Assembly (NCBI GenBank): GCA_013265495.1
Contig: MU058844.1
Coordinates: forward strand, 11,864,184-11,928,183
Source of the DNA: Vicugna vicugna
Lineage: Eukaryota
Length of the DNA stretch: 64,000 bases
Reading direction: 5' to 3'
Each line of letters begins with the position of its first letter. Position 1 is the stretch's first letter. The position numbers and the translations under genes were made by a program. Shown here one piece after another: positions 1 through 13,270 of this stretch. Under the pieces are notes generated by a model. The model made no database searches, was not told where the DNA came from, and saw only the letters and a list, made by a program, of their open reading frames with translations.

Positions 1-1696
1 TTAGCAATTTAACCCAATTTCAAGGACAGAGTTCAAATATAAAGAATAAACAACTCACATCAGCAAAGTATTTTTTATTCCAAATTTTTTTTGCATAACT
101 AAAAAAAAGCGAAAGAGAGTAACTTATTCCTCAGTTCACTGGCTAAAATGTAAATAATACAGCAAGGAAGAAAGCTAGATGATGTGGCATTGGTATTAAA
201 ATATCACCAAACATAAGATGCCGTACAATAAATGTTCCCTTTAAAATTATCTGAAGGAGTATTCAAAGTACTAGGTACACAAAAAGGATGTAATTTTTAA
301 TGTTTAATGGTGTTTTGGGCTTCATTAATGTAGTTTACGTGAAACTCATTCATATTACTCTAGTTTCCATTTATAGAAAACAATTATTTGAATCTGTCAG
401 AAAAAGTTCTGTTTTCCTTTTGAATACCTGGGGATAATAGCAAATCCATTTTCCCTTTCTCCATCTTTCCTTCCTAAAATCAGAGATAAGCTTGATCGAG
501 TTGTAAATGTAAACCACACAGCTATATCTAAGGTGAAACTCATGACACACCTAACTTCTCAAATCTCTTAGGTTTGGTTTTCTACAGTCCATTATTGGGG
601 GAGGACTCATTGTATTTTCTATAGAAAGTCATTAGTGTATTTTTAGCTGGTTTCTGTCCACTAACCCCTGAACATCAAGGCTAACTTGGGGAAGGATATA
701 GAAAAAGGTGCTATTCTTAAAATATACACCAAGCATCAAAATATATACCAAAGCAAGAATCATCTGGGCAAAAATCATCTCTCATATTCTTATATTCATG
801 CAAACACTTTAAGGCCAAAGCCATCTTTAAAAGATGGATTCTTTTAAATAGTGATTTAGTTCACTTTTATATTTTTATATATCGTTCAAGGATGTTCAAC
901 ATGGGGCCCCTGAGAGACTAAATAATCATTCATGTATGTATCAAATATTTAGTCAGCAGCAACTGTGAGCAAAAGTGCTATTAAGGGTAGAGTGATGCAA
1001 GACACGATGTCTCTCAGTTGTTTCCTAACTGAAAGGGAAGCTAAGATAAGAACCTTTTCACTTAGAAATCATGAAAAAGTGAAGATGAACGTCTCTGATG
1101 TGCTCAGGGAGATTCACCCCCAGAGGCCAAGGAATGAACAAGTTAGGACATCAGGGGAAGCTCTTAGTTCTTCTAGGCAATGAACTGAAGTCTTCAGGAG
1201 CAAGTCACACAAGGCCTGTCAGGTTGTTGTATTAGTAACATTGAAACTCAAGAGAGAAAAATTTAAGTTTTATATAGAGTTTTCTAAATTGGATGGAGCA
1301 CACTATTTATTTTTTTACAGTCTTAGTGAAATAAAGTATCTCAAGTTCTATTTTTATTCATCAAAGAAAGAAAATGAAAAAAAACATATTAATGCATTCT
1401 AATGCTCTGAGAATCAGTACTGCATGTATACAGTGTCAAAATAAAAATTTTGAAATCATGGGAAAAACAAATATCCCCCTCTCCGTTTGGATGTATGTTT
1501 GTATGAGAGAGATACAAATAAATCAGGAGGATGTGAAGTTTTTAAATAGGACAGGAAATTAAAATTCATAGATAATTAATTTTAAAATCTATTAAATGTC
1601 TAAAACCACTTCCAGTTAAAGTTTAGTTTTTGTTCACAAAGACAGTATGTTTAACATATGTTATTATATAAATTATATATACAGTATTACATATAT

Positions 1697-1704
<8 letters not shown>

Positions 1705-1730
<26 letters not shown>
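1705..1730. repeat. (CA)n microsatellite
   Basis: Uninterrupted ACAC... run preceded by a TA/CA-rich stretch. Confidence 0.95.
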
Positions 1731-1737
<7 letters not shown>

Positions 1738-1769
1738 CACCTCGCATGCTATGTAATTATGAAAGTGAG

Positions 1770-1936
1770 GGAAGGAACGAACAATTACTGAGTAATGTCT
1801 ATGTGACAGAAACTCTGCCAAGTTGCTGTCATATATTAAGTTCATTGAGTTCTAAGCACCACACTTTGAGTTAGGGTATCATATCAGTTTTTGGTTGTGG
1901 GAACTAAGACTCTGTAAGGTTAAATATTCTACCAGG
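1770..1936 (-). mobile_element. MIR SINE, interrupted by the L1 at 1937-2621 and resuming at ~2635-2690
   Basis: Degenerate antisense MIR core (gggaactaagactctgtaaggttaaatattctaccagg) continuing after the L1. Confidence 0.6.
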
Positions 1937-2621
1937 GTCCATTATGGAAAAGAGTATGGAGAGTCCTCAAAAAACTGAAACTATGATCCAGCAATCCCAC
2001 TCCTAGGCATATACCATAGAGAACCTTAATTTAAAAAGATATATGCACCCCAATGTTCATAGCAGCACTATGTACAATAGCCAAGACATGGAAATAACCT
2101 AAATGTCCAACGACAGATGACTGGATAAAGAAGTTGTGGTATATTTATACAATGGAATACTACTCAGCCATAAAAAATAATAAAATGTTATTTGCAGCAA
2201 CATGGATGGACCTGGAGATTGTCATCCTAAGTGAAGTAGGCCAGAAAGAGAAAGAAAAATACTGTATGATACCACTTACATGTGGAATCTAAAAAAAGAG
2301 ACAAACTTATTTACAAAACAGAAACAGACTCACAGACATAGAAAACAAACTTATGGTTACCAGAGGGAAGGGGGTGGGAAAGGATAAATTGGGAGTTCAA
2401 GATTTGCAGATACTAATATATATAAAATAGATAAATCAGTTCATACTGTAAAGCACAGGGAACTATATTCAATATCTTGTAGTAACTTATGGTTAAAAAT
2501 ATGAAAGTGAATGTATGTATGTTCCTATATGACTGAAGTATTGTGCTGTACACCAGAAATTGACACAACATTTTAAACTGTAAACTGACTATACTTCAAC
2601 AAAAATATATTTTAAAAAAAT
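1937..2621 (+). mobile_element. 5'-truncated LINE-1 (ORF2 C-terminus + 3'UTR), relatively young cetartiodactyl/camelid-type
   Basis: tatgatccagcaatcccactcctaggcatata, gcagcaacatggatggacctggag, 3' end taaactgactatacttcaa plus A-rich tail; TSD-like atattctaccagg (1924-1936) / atattgtaccagg (2622-2634). Confidence 0.95.
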
Positions 2622-3959
2622 ATATTGTACCAGGATCAGAATGGATGGATTAGAATCTGAATTCAACAATATATATATTTTTTCAGATTCTAATGCTTAG
2701 GTAGGCAATGGAAAGAAACATATAATTTCTGGTGAGAAAAGATTATGGTCATGTTTTCCCCTAACTGCCTCTTTAATAAAATCACAGAATCTACTGCAGA
2801 TAATGGTAATGTTCTAAAAAGTGTGAGGAGTTTTCTGGATGAACAAGAAAAATTTAAAAAGAAAGAAAAGGTTAATGAATGCTAGTTTCTACCTTCCCTA
2901 AAAAGCATAGAAATAAATGAGGAGTTTTCTATTATGTGTTTTATCTCATAAATCTGTGTCCATTAAAAAGCAGATCTTATAAATCATTCCCCAATTAATT
3001 CTTCACCACTCATTCTGGTATAAACTCAGATATGTAGGCCACTTCAACAAATGCCAGACAAATGCTATTACTTGTCATTTAAAAGTAAAGTTACCTAATC
3101 ACTTTTAAATAAAATTATAAATTCTTTATAGCCTACAGTAGCCAATATTGTACTTAAAAACAGTAAGAAAAATGCCTATTTTCTTTGTTAATAAATAGTA
3201 GAAAACTAAGGCTAATCTCAGACCAATAACTTTTGGGGGCCAAATGCTCTAGTTATTTTATCAGTATTTGGTAACCATCAAAGCTTTACATTCCCTCAAG
3301 AAAAATATGAGCCCCAAGAACATCAGACCATTGTATACTCACTAGAATCCATTTACTTTATGCCATGGTATCAAGCACTTTCCTACAACAACAGCCAGAC
3401 CGAAGTTGGTGTGATTTGCAGCTTTGAATACCTCAGTTTATTAGCTATGGGAGTTGAGTTCCATGTTCCATTTCTGCTTTGGGAACAGTTTCATTTCTAA
3501 AGCCCACCCATAAATACAGGCAGTCCCTTCCTGCTTACCCCCTTCCCTTCTGGCCTGTGCCTCTGCACAGCTGGCCAAATTGAATCCTCGTAGTGGCTGC
3601 CAAGTTCAAGGCCTCAAAAGACATCTTGTGACAATACTATTAACGTTTCATGGAAGTACAAGTCCACTATTATTAAACTATTATTCACCCATAGTTTATG
3701 TTTTAACTGTTAAAATCTCTCAAAGCAAATGGATGTGATAGTGAGAACGATGCCTGTTAGCACATTAATCTTCTCATGTCATTCATTTTTGATTCTGAGC
3801 ATTCACTGAGATTACTGTTGAGATTCTGGAAGAATCATGTAATACAATTGCATGAAAATACTAAGTACAGGTAATGAAAAACATAATTATCTATATTCAT
3901 TTAATATTCTAAAATATACATTATATATACAGAAACAGGTATACACAAATAAACTTTGT

Positions 3960-4205
3960 GACACTGAGTATAATGACGAGAAGTCTGTGTTCTGACATGA
4001 GACCAAGAGATGTAAATTATTATCTCTAGCACTTGCTAGTATATAAACATGGGAAGTTTATTAGCCTTTTAGTACTTTACTTTCTTGTTTGATTTAAAAA
4101 AATAAAAAAAATAATAGTCTAAGATAAGAATAAAATAGGAGAGTGAATGTAAAGAATTTAACACTGTGTGTGATGCACATTAAGAGCTCATTTAATGTTA
4201 GATGC
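3960..4205 (+). mobile_element. MIR SINE (diverged)
   Basis: MIR-like order of motifs ending in gagctcatttaatgttagatgctg. Confidence 0.55.
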
Positions 4206-4809
4206 TGTCACCATCAGGAGCATCATCACCACCAGGGGAGCAATAAATCTTCTTAGTATTTATCATCAGCCATAGCAAATAAACCTTGGTTCAGTCACAT
4301 TCTGACATAAAAGTTATAATTAGACAATAATTCTTAATAAAGGACCCTATTGACTAAGGTCTTTAAAATCGCATTCAATGGTTTATCCAGTTTACTTCAT
4401 GAACAGGAAAGCTAATCAAAGCATTTAGCATAAATTAATAATTCAATAAAGCAAAGGAGGCTCAAAAGTTGTATTTGTAGTAGATTGTAACAATAAAGAG
4501 AATTAAAAACATACCCCAAGTATATAATGAAATATAGTCAGATCATAATTTTTAAATCAGTTTCACATGCACATACATCTATATACTGAGAACCCACAAA
4601 CGTGCTTTTATTGAAGGCCACACGTAAACAATAGATTATAGAAAAAAAAATAAAAATCCTAACACTTTGATTAATACTCTTACTAGTCTGATACTTGCTA
4701 CCCAGGTAAGCTGAGCTCTCTGGGCTTCATTCTTCTTACTTGTAAAACGAGGACAATAATGTATATATTCCATAAATATTTTGTAAATGAAATAAAAACC
4801 AAGAGATAC

Positions 4810-4990
4810 TGTTTATTTCACATCTAGTCCATTTGTGCTGAGTGCTGTACATGCATCATCTCCATTCTACACACAGTATGAAAAATGACTATTATTTTCA
4901 TTTTATAGTAAAAGAAGTTGAAAATGCGTTCCAAGGTCACACGTCTTAGATGAAAGGAAGCCAGTACTCAAATCCAAATATATCTGAGCT
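4810..4990 (-). mobile_element. MIR SINE
   Basis: attattttcattttatagtaaaagaagttgaaa...ccaaggtcacac antisense core. Confidence 0.6.
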
Positions 4991-5805
4991 TGCTGCATTG
5001 TGCACTGGAAAGTATAAAGGTTCACGTTAAAATGACATGGTTTTAGATGCTGGCAAGATCAGTCTTCTAGATCAATAGCTCAGTGGTTAACTGATTTCAG
5101 CTTGGGGACTATTAGAGGTGAAGTGATCTTAAAAACCACCTAGTTTAAATAACAATAAGAAAATGGAGTCCCTAAGGAGTTCACTTAATTGCCCAAGATT
5201 TTACTGATAGTTTGAAAAGAAGACTCGATTATGATCAGACTCCTGACCTTAAGTTCAGTGTTTTTCTTCTATAATAAGTTGAAAGCCACAATTCTACAAC
5301 TTAGCTACCTTAACTATTTCTTGTATCTTGTGTTTAAGGTGTTATCATTTCTCTTTTAAACTTTAGACAAAATACTACCTTCTCAATGAAAACTTCCTGA
5401 TTTCAATATAAAATTACCTAATTCTTTTTAGAATTCCTCTATTGTTGGTTTTTCCTTCATAAGATTAACTATTAGCTTTAATTATTTTACTTATTCATTC
5501 ATTTCATTCCGTTACTGTCTGGGTTTTCTCAGTATAATATAAGTTCATGGAGGGCAGCCTTATCTGATGTGTGTGGGTGGGGACAGCTTGGCATTAGCAA
5601 GGCTCAAGAAAGGTTTTATCTTCCGAGGGTAACTAAACATATGGGACCATAGGTAGCCTTTCCAAAGATTCTTGCACTGGAATTAGGGAAAAGAACTAGC
5701 CAAGAGCCAGCAGATTTGAAGGGCCACAGTAATTATGTCCACTGAGAGACATGCCTCTTTCTAGTAACTGGTGGGGAGTGATAATTTGATGTCTAAACTC
5801 CCTTT

Positions 5806-6250
5806 TATACCAGTCTGGCGTTTTTAGAAACAGATGCCAAGACAGGATTAAATGTGCTAAGATTTTACTAAGGGAAACAATGATGAAAGAAAATATGGAG
5901 TGAAGCTTAAAAGGTTGTGATCACCTTCAGACTGTAACACCAGGCTGATCCCAATAAAGGAGAGAGGGAAGGACCATTAGGAGTGAAAGTGCCTTAGGCC
6001 GCTAGGCAATCAAGACACAGTTCAGCAAGGTTGTAAGACCTTGAACCAAAGCTGCCCATCAAAGGAATCCCAGGTCTTCCAAGAACAGGCCTGCCTTAAT
6101 ATCCCTGCTGTGCTTAGTAACTGGCTGGGAGCAGCCCCCTAGGGAAGTTTGTGTCAATGTGGCGATGGGCTCAGGGCAGGGCAGCAGAGGCTTTGGTTCA
6201 ATGATGCTCCCTCTAGCTTGTGGTCTGATAGATGTATTCTCATGGCCACA
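5806..6250 (-). mobile_element. ERVL solo LTR, LTR16 family (LTR16C-like)
   Basis: Minus strand starts TGTGGCCATGAGAAT and contains gggctgctcccagccagt...aaggcaggcc and the terminal cacatttaatcctgtcttggcatctg. Confidence 0.85.
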
Positions 6251-6709
6251 ATGACCCATATCCTATGCCTCATCCTACATGATATTTAGGTACCATGGTT
6301 GGTGGATGTATGAGAGGGGCCCTAAAAAAGGCTGAAGATTAGTGTTTTGCCAGCCTGACAGGAGGTTGGTTAATGTAACAATTAAAATGAATTATGAAAC
6401 AGAGACTGTTTCATTGCTTGTCACCTGCATTTGTGAGCTGAGCTTTATATCTGCTGCACGTAGGAGGATAAAGAATTCCAAACAGAGGGAAAAGCAGATC
6501 GTCCAGAGATTAAAAAAAAAAAAAAAAGACAATTTGGAGGAATAGGAAGAAAATAAGTCTGGCAGTAGCATACAAAGTGAGAGTGATACTAATGTTAGAT
6601 GACGTTGATGAAAAAATATAAAATGCTTCGTGCTTAGGTGGCTTGGAGAGCAGCACATAGAGATGCGAGTCTCTGCCACATGGTGTGGGAAGCCACGGAT
6701 ACCCATTAC

Positions 6710-6830
6710 CCTTTGTCAGCCTCAGCTCCTCTGATGAACACAGGAATAATACAGCACCTATGTTGTATGGGAGTTATGAGGATTAAATGAGACAATATGT
6801 TTAAAGCACTCATAGTAAGTTTCTAAGATC
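6710..6830 (+). mobile_element. MIR SINE fragment
   Basis: gcctcagctcctctgatgaa...tatgaggattaaatgagacaatatgtttaaagcact. Confidence 0.75.
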
Positions 6831-7899
6831 TAACCTGTTTAATTTCATCAGAGAAGCTGTTCCATAATGCAAGGAAAATACCCAGTTTGATCATTAGAGT
6901 CAAGCCATAAGGATGAGTCAGAAGGAAGGGATGACAAAATGAAAGGAAAGCCTTCTTATTATCCTATAGGAACTAAGAAAACACCAAACAGAGGTCAAGG
7001 TTCTTGCCTTTTTCTCTCCCTTCCTTTTCCTCCTCCTTTAGAGGAAGACACTGAACGGGTATATGGGGAGAAGGGAGTGGCAGAGAGGAATGCCTTTACT
7101 ATGAGCTCAGTGGAGGAAAGCAGAAAGGTAAGGCAAACTTCAGTTAGCAGAGGTTGCCTGAGTGGAGCGGTCAGGCATAAAGGCTTGAGTTTTCACTCCT
7201 GAGTATTCTTACAACTTTAGATACTGACCTGAGTCACTCGGTCACTCGGTGGTGAATCCCATGTGCTGAGATAAATGTGCAGGATCTCAAACTCTACAGA
7301 GGATGTTGCAAAGCCTCAAAGGCCAGCAAGCCCCTAAAACCAGCAAAACCTTATCAACTGGAGGACAAAGGTGGGCCCCCCCAAAGTCAGACTGCAAATT
7401 ACACTAGGAGCTGTTCCTAGCTGCAAAGACCAGCAACCAGGTGCACAAGGGTAATCAGCCCGGGGCCAGAGCAAACAGAAGCTTCAGAAGCCAAGAACCT
7501 CATCTCTTTACCCACAGATTATGCAAGTCACTTATACCTCAACACTTTATATCCAGACCAGTCTAGGACAGAAGCATAAAATGGGGCAGATGCCTGAACC
7601 CAAGACTGAATGTGTTCTCCTGGAGATGCAAAGCATCATGTAAAGAACCATTTTATATACGTCATCTATTTTTTCTGGTGAGTCAGAAGACGTGGACCTT
7701 TGTGAATTGCACCAGCTCAGTTTAAGAAAGCATGTGTCTCCTGTGCATCTCAGCTGGAGTGTGAGAAAATCTGCTATCATTTCCTTTATGGTGATTCATA
7801 TTACAAATGACAGCAGGGGCCCAGAGAGAGGCTTGTAACTGGTGGTGTGAGCTTATGTGGTAGTAAGTTAAGTAACAGAAGTTTCTGAGAGGGAGAATC

Positions 7900-8560
7900 T
7901 GCAAAACAGACTTGCTGAAACTTGAAAGGTTAATGGGTCACTTGGAAGACACAGGGCAGATGAAAAGAAAGGTATTCTAGAGAGCGAGAACAGGAGGAGA
8001 AAGCTAGGCAGTGGGTACCAGAAAAAAAAAGTACTAAGGAAAATAAAGTAGTTCAAAAACAGCTAAAGGGTACAAGGTCAGGGAAAAGAGGGACTAATGA
8101 CTAATAAACCAAGTGATGATGCAGGCATGAGGCAGCTGAAGAAGAGCTGGTGAGAAATTGGAAAACTTCAATGGGGAGCGAAATGATAATCAGATGTTTA
8201 TTCCAGGAAATTCCACTCTGGCAGAGAAGTGGAATATTTATTGGAAGGACTTGAGATCAGAGTGAGGAAAATAGGTTAGCTGGAATAGTCCAAGCAAGAG
8301 ATGGGTAGAGCCTGAAGTGAGGCAGTGATAAAGGGAACGGAAAGGAGAGGATGGACTATAGGTATGTTAAGTAAGTAGAATAGTCATGACTCTGCTCCTG
8401 GATTACTGGGGATGGGGAAGGAGGTAAGAGGGACACTTCTACCATGGCTTCCAGTACTCTGGTTGGGAAGGTGGTCTAGAAAGGGATGGAAGGTGAGGGA
8501 AAGAAAGGGCAGGATTGAGTTTGGGGAGCTAGGAAACAGACAAGATAGTGAGTTCGGTTA
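7900..8560 (-). mobile_element. LINE-2 fragment
   Basis: Purine-rich antisense L2 motifs: ccactctggcag, aatagtccaagcaagagatgggtagagcctgaa. Confidence 0.75.
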
Positions 8561-9249
8561 GGAGGCAAAAATCAAGTTTTGTTTTGTCTTCATTTTGCTA
8601 TGGTTTGAATCTACTGTAAGAATTTAATCTCATGGAATCTCAATTACTGTGTCTTAGAAATGGAAATCCTATTATTTAACCATTCTGAATGCAATAGTCA
8701 GGCCTGGAATCTCTACAAATTCTACATAATAGAAGGAAGGAGAAGGAAAAGGGGGGTGGGAAGGAGGAGGAGGAAGAGGAAACACCTGAAAAACTCTGTG
8801 TTTAAAAAAAACAAACCCTAACTAACTGCTTTCAAGAATATTCCATGTGTAAAACTCATTAAGTCAAAGTGTATCAAAAGACTGTTGACTTTTAGAGCTG
8901 AAAGCCATGTTAGAGATCATGCAACTCAAGGTAGCACTTTTATAGATGAGGCAGCAGAGGTACAGAGGGGTTAAGAAACCTGGCCAAGATCACACACAGC
9001 ACCCATCACAGGATCGTTCTTCCCAGTGTGCTACGTTGTGGCCCTTGCTCACCACAATCAGCACTGACTTTAAGGTAAAAACTATCACAGACTGACAATT
9101 GAACAGAGCACATTTTTACCTGTTGCATTTCTTTCTAACATCCAGGATTTCTAATTTTACTAGCAACATCTCAACATCATTCTGGATAACTCTAATAACA
9201 GTAAGAAAGTTGCATATATACATGTGATAACACTCCCATAAAGTCCACA

Positions 9250-9430
9250 ATAAAGACATTATACAGGTCTAATGATACTACAATCCCGTGAGGGTTTATC
9301 CATATTTTTATAGGTGAAAACACAAAGGCATGGTGATGTTAAATGTCTTACCCATGGTCACAGAGCTAGTTATTTGTGAGTTCAGGACTGGGACATGAGT
9401 AAGCTAGCTCCAGAATCTTGAACGCTATAA
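9250..9430 (-). mobile_element. MIR SINE
   Basis: atttttataggtgaaaacacaaaggc...acccatggtcacagagctagt. Confidence 0.75.
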
Positions 9431-9443
9431 TATAATGTGTCTC

Positions 9444-9446
<3 letters not shown>

Positions 9447-9477
<31 letters not shown>
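9447..9477. repeat. (TC)15 microsatellite
   Basis: Direct read. Confidence 0.95.
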
Positions 9478-9479
<2 letters not shown>

Positions 9480-11183
9480 CTGGGAAGCCTTTCTTTCTTT
9501 CTTTTTTTGGTCTCAAAATAACAGGGCTAATAAAACACTTTAATAATACTGAAAACATTTTCAAACATGTTGCCATTTAAATCTAGATCTAATCATTAAC
9601 AAGATAAATCCATGAATAATTTAAAAATGTTTATATCTGTAGAACTATCAAACTGCACATTCCATATTAACTTTATGATGATCTACCAAACAATCTTAGT
9701 AAGTCACATTTACACAAAATTAACAGTTACCAAAAACTTGCTAAATAACAAAGAAGATTATTTTTAAAAACTGCTTAGCTAAAGTTCAAGGAATCGCTAC
9801 TAGGTGAAGACTTATGAATTCAGATCCATTAGACAACAAACACATCATAAAGGAAACAACACCTTAAATACATAAATATGTTGGTCCATCAGTGTTTGGA
9901 CCTAAGCTCCCATCTGAGCAATTGCTGCTGGTCTTAAAGAACAGGTGGGACATGTGAGACACCCAAACAAGAACTGTTTCTCTACATTGTCACTGGCGTC
10001 CATCGGCCCTTCAACCTCAGGATGCCACTGTCCAAGCAGATGAGAGGACACAGGGAGTGCTCTTCAAGCAACTTCAGATAATAAGTAGCTCTCAAACATC
10101 AAAGCTCTTCATCTGGGATATTTCTAAACAATGGGGAACAATAGAAGGAATTCAAGCAGAGAAATGGCATGGCGGAAGTGAGGGTAATGTGCCCTGAGAG
10201 ATGGAAGGCCAAGACATCCTTCAGAAGAACAATGTGACACTCTGTGACCTCAATTCCACTGATGGTAGGATTGGGGAAGAGAGACCCTGAGCAGTCAGAA
10301 GTGATAAAGCTGCTGATGTGGGGTTAGGAAAAGGGAAGAGTTAAAGACTCAGGGATTTCTTCTACGTGGTCCTTCCATCTGGAACCCCGACTCTCAACAT
10401 CAGCTTTAATAGGACCTTTTTGCAGAGTTCCACCTTCTCTGCTGGCTCCATCTGAACTGTTTCAAAATGTTACAAGAAATTATACTTATTATTTGAACTG
10501 TTGACATACTGCCCAAATGAACAAAAATATTTTATTTGGCCCACTGTACAAAAAATGACATATGAAGAATATTAAAATACATGTATAATAGTCACCATTT
10601 GGAAATGATAACAGGCAAAGAGGTATATGATGAACAATCCAAAAATATAAAGCTTCAACTCAGGAAAAAAGACCAAATAAAATAATAACCAGCATTCTCT
10701 TATTTCACTATAATCAGGAGTATCTTATTCTCTATCATACTTCTTAAAAAGAAGTGAGTAGTACCACACAGCAGTTAGGATCATAGCAAAATAGACATTT
10801 TCAATTATTTTTGAGAAATGACTAAAATAGGGATTCTTTTAAGAGGCACTATTTGGCAAAAATCTCAACTTGCAATGATTTTTATTGGAAAGATTTCACG
10901 GGCTCCCACAGTTTAGGTGAGAGAATTTGATCCCAAGCCCCAAGCCAAAATTCTTATAAATCAACACTCATCAAAAAAGATCATTCAGCTCCTGCTAAGC
11001 CTTAACATGTTTAAGGTTTAACATGACAAACATCTCCTCATCTCAGTATACACAGACTCTGTTACTAAGGGATTTGGAAGGAGGGATGACCACAGGTCTC
11101 TTGGGTTTCCAAAGTATGTACTTAGCAAATTGCTCCCTGATAAAAGGTATCTTGAAGCTACTATAGAAACCCACCATTATTTC

Positions 11184-11686
11184 TGATGGGGGTCAGGGTA
11201 GGCTGCCCCCAAAATGTCACCTTGGCATATTGATGATTTTTGAATTCAAGCTACTTAAGAAACAGCCAGTACAAAAGAACACTCTGATCCTCCTGTCTCC
11301 CTGAAAGCAGGAAATGAATCTCCCATGTGAAAGATACCCTTTCTGTATCAGAAGGTAGAAAGAGGCAACCTTATCATCAGAGATAGAGAATTTAAAGCCA
11401 AGAAGGCTCTATCAACAAACCTTGTTACTTCTACACCAATTTACCACCGTAAGCCCAAACTTCTTTGTATTGTCAATTCTTCACAAATTTATTGTTTCTT
11501 TGTCTAAAAGATATACAAGTTACCGTTGTGGTCACTTCTTTGAATCTCATATTTCTATAAGCTCCTGTACATTCAAATTTAAATTTGTGGAGTTTTTTTC
11601 TCCTATTAATCTGTCTTGATTCAATTTAATTATTAGACCAGCCAAAGAACTAGAGAGAAAGAAAGGAAAAGTCTTCCCTTTCTACA
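11184..11686 (+). mobile_element. ERV1 solo LTR, MER34 family-like
   Basis: TG...CA termini; caccttggcatattgatgatttttgaattcaagctacttaagaaacagcc; terminal aatttaattattagaccagccaaagaac. Confidence 0.85.
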
Positions 11687-12494
11687 TTCCTTTCATCAGT
11701 AAGGTGATGGAGGAAGCAGCCCACATGTACCCAGCACTCCCACTCCCGGAATATCACCATGATTACAAACAAGGTAGGAATTGTCCCAAGGCTTTGTGCT
11801 TCTACTCATAAACATTCTCATCCTGTTATTTGGAATGTCTTCTTGCTTGTTTCTCCATTAACCCTGCAAGGATCAGTTCAGTTTCTATCTCTCCCTTGAA
11901 CCTACATCCAAAACATCAATGTGTTATCAGTACTGGGATTTGTCTTCCAGAAGCTTATCTTCTTTGTCTCTTTACCCTCATTAGTTCCCTTCCCCTGCTT
12001 CCTACATTTTTATGTATATGTCTAACTTGCAAAGGTTAATAGAAGGGATAAAGAGCCATCATTCCCTTCTGTCCAGACTGGTGAAGTCCTCTAATAGATT
12101 CTTTGGACAACTCATTGCTGTAGACTCCTAAAAACTCTCTCCTAGCCTTGTCACCTCAACAAATTCATTCTGGGCTCAATTCTACAGGCTTTCCATCTCC
12201 TTTAGTTTCTTCTTTGCTTTTGGTTGCCTTTCTCTAGATTCTTTCTCTCTACATTGAGAATTCTGTTGCACATTCTTCTAAATGGCTTTGGTTTATGTTT
12301 CTCTCCATGAGATCACTGGACTCCCTGCTCAGGCTAGTGGTTTAATTCATTTGTCAATAAGCTAGATCCATCGAGGACAGTTTCTACTTCTCTGGGAGGG
12401 AGGAAATGTTACATCTCCATCCTCAATGGAAGAGAGTACTTGTGATGAAGTTAATGGTACTGCCATCTGTCTCTTTAGCACGATCATAGCTACT

Positions 12495-12732
12495 GCTCAG
12501 AGCGCTGTTACTGAGTGGCAGGTACTAGCTTAAACATTTTAGGTACATAATTCTTTTTGATCCTCAGAATGACTCAAATAAATTGGCATTACTGTTCTTC
12601 ATTTACTGATGAGAAAACTGAAGGTTAAAGGCATTATGTACTATACAAGTTCATGCAGCTTGTGCATGGCAGAGTCAGGATGGAAACCCAAGTCACTCTG
12701 ATCCCACAGTCCATGGTTTGAATCACTATACT
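12495..12732 (-). mobile_element. MIR SINE, near full length
   Basis: catttactgatgagaaaactgaagg...ggcagagtcaggatggaaacccaagtc. Confidence 0.85.
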
Positions 12733-12829
12733 GTAACTCCAATCTGCCCCCAACACATAGACTCATGAAAAATAGCAACAACCCTTAATCTGGCAATTGA
12801 GCCCTCCATAACTTGCCTCCAATTTGCCT

Positions 12830-13270
12830 TTCCAGAGGAGTCCTCTCTCCCTCTGCCCTTATGCTTTCTTCTCAGCCACATGGAATCTGAACTCCAGACA
12901 AACTGAAATGCATACATCCACAAATAAGCCATATGTCTTATGCCATAGATGGCCATCCTTTAATTAACGCAGTTTCCTCTAATGTAAAACATTCTTACCC
13001 TTATAAACTCCATTTTCAGTCCTATTGATTTCCTACAACACAGATCAAATGCACCCTTTTCCATGAAGCCTACCCCACTCCCTCACTTTAAGAAGTGGCC
13101 CCTTACTTTAATTCCTGTAACTCTTTATTTACTCTCTACATAATCTACATCCCTCCAGTCCAACTAGATGTTGAGTTCCTTGGAGGCTCACACTGCGGTC
13201 TTCTCTTCTCTACACACCCTCTGTGCACCACACTCTTCTGTGGTAGGTTCAACTGTTGGATTCACCTAAG
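12830..13270 (+). mobile_element. LINE-2 3' fragment
   Basis: ccttttccatgaagcct, caactagatgttgagttccttggagg, tggtaggttcaactgttgg. Confidence 0.65.

Noticed and set aside
7556..7683. Plus-strand exon ending in a strong CTG|GTGAGT donor
   Set aside because: Stops in all three frames from the nearest acceptor, and no supporting neighbouring exons
8730..8782. Purine/G-rich tract as G-quadruplex or triplex
   Set aside because: Lacks four well-spaced G3 runs; common low-complexity sequence
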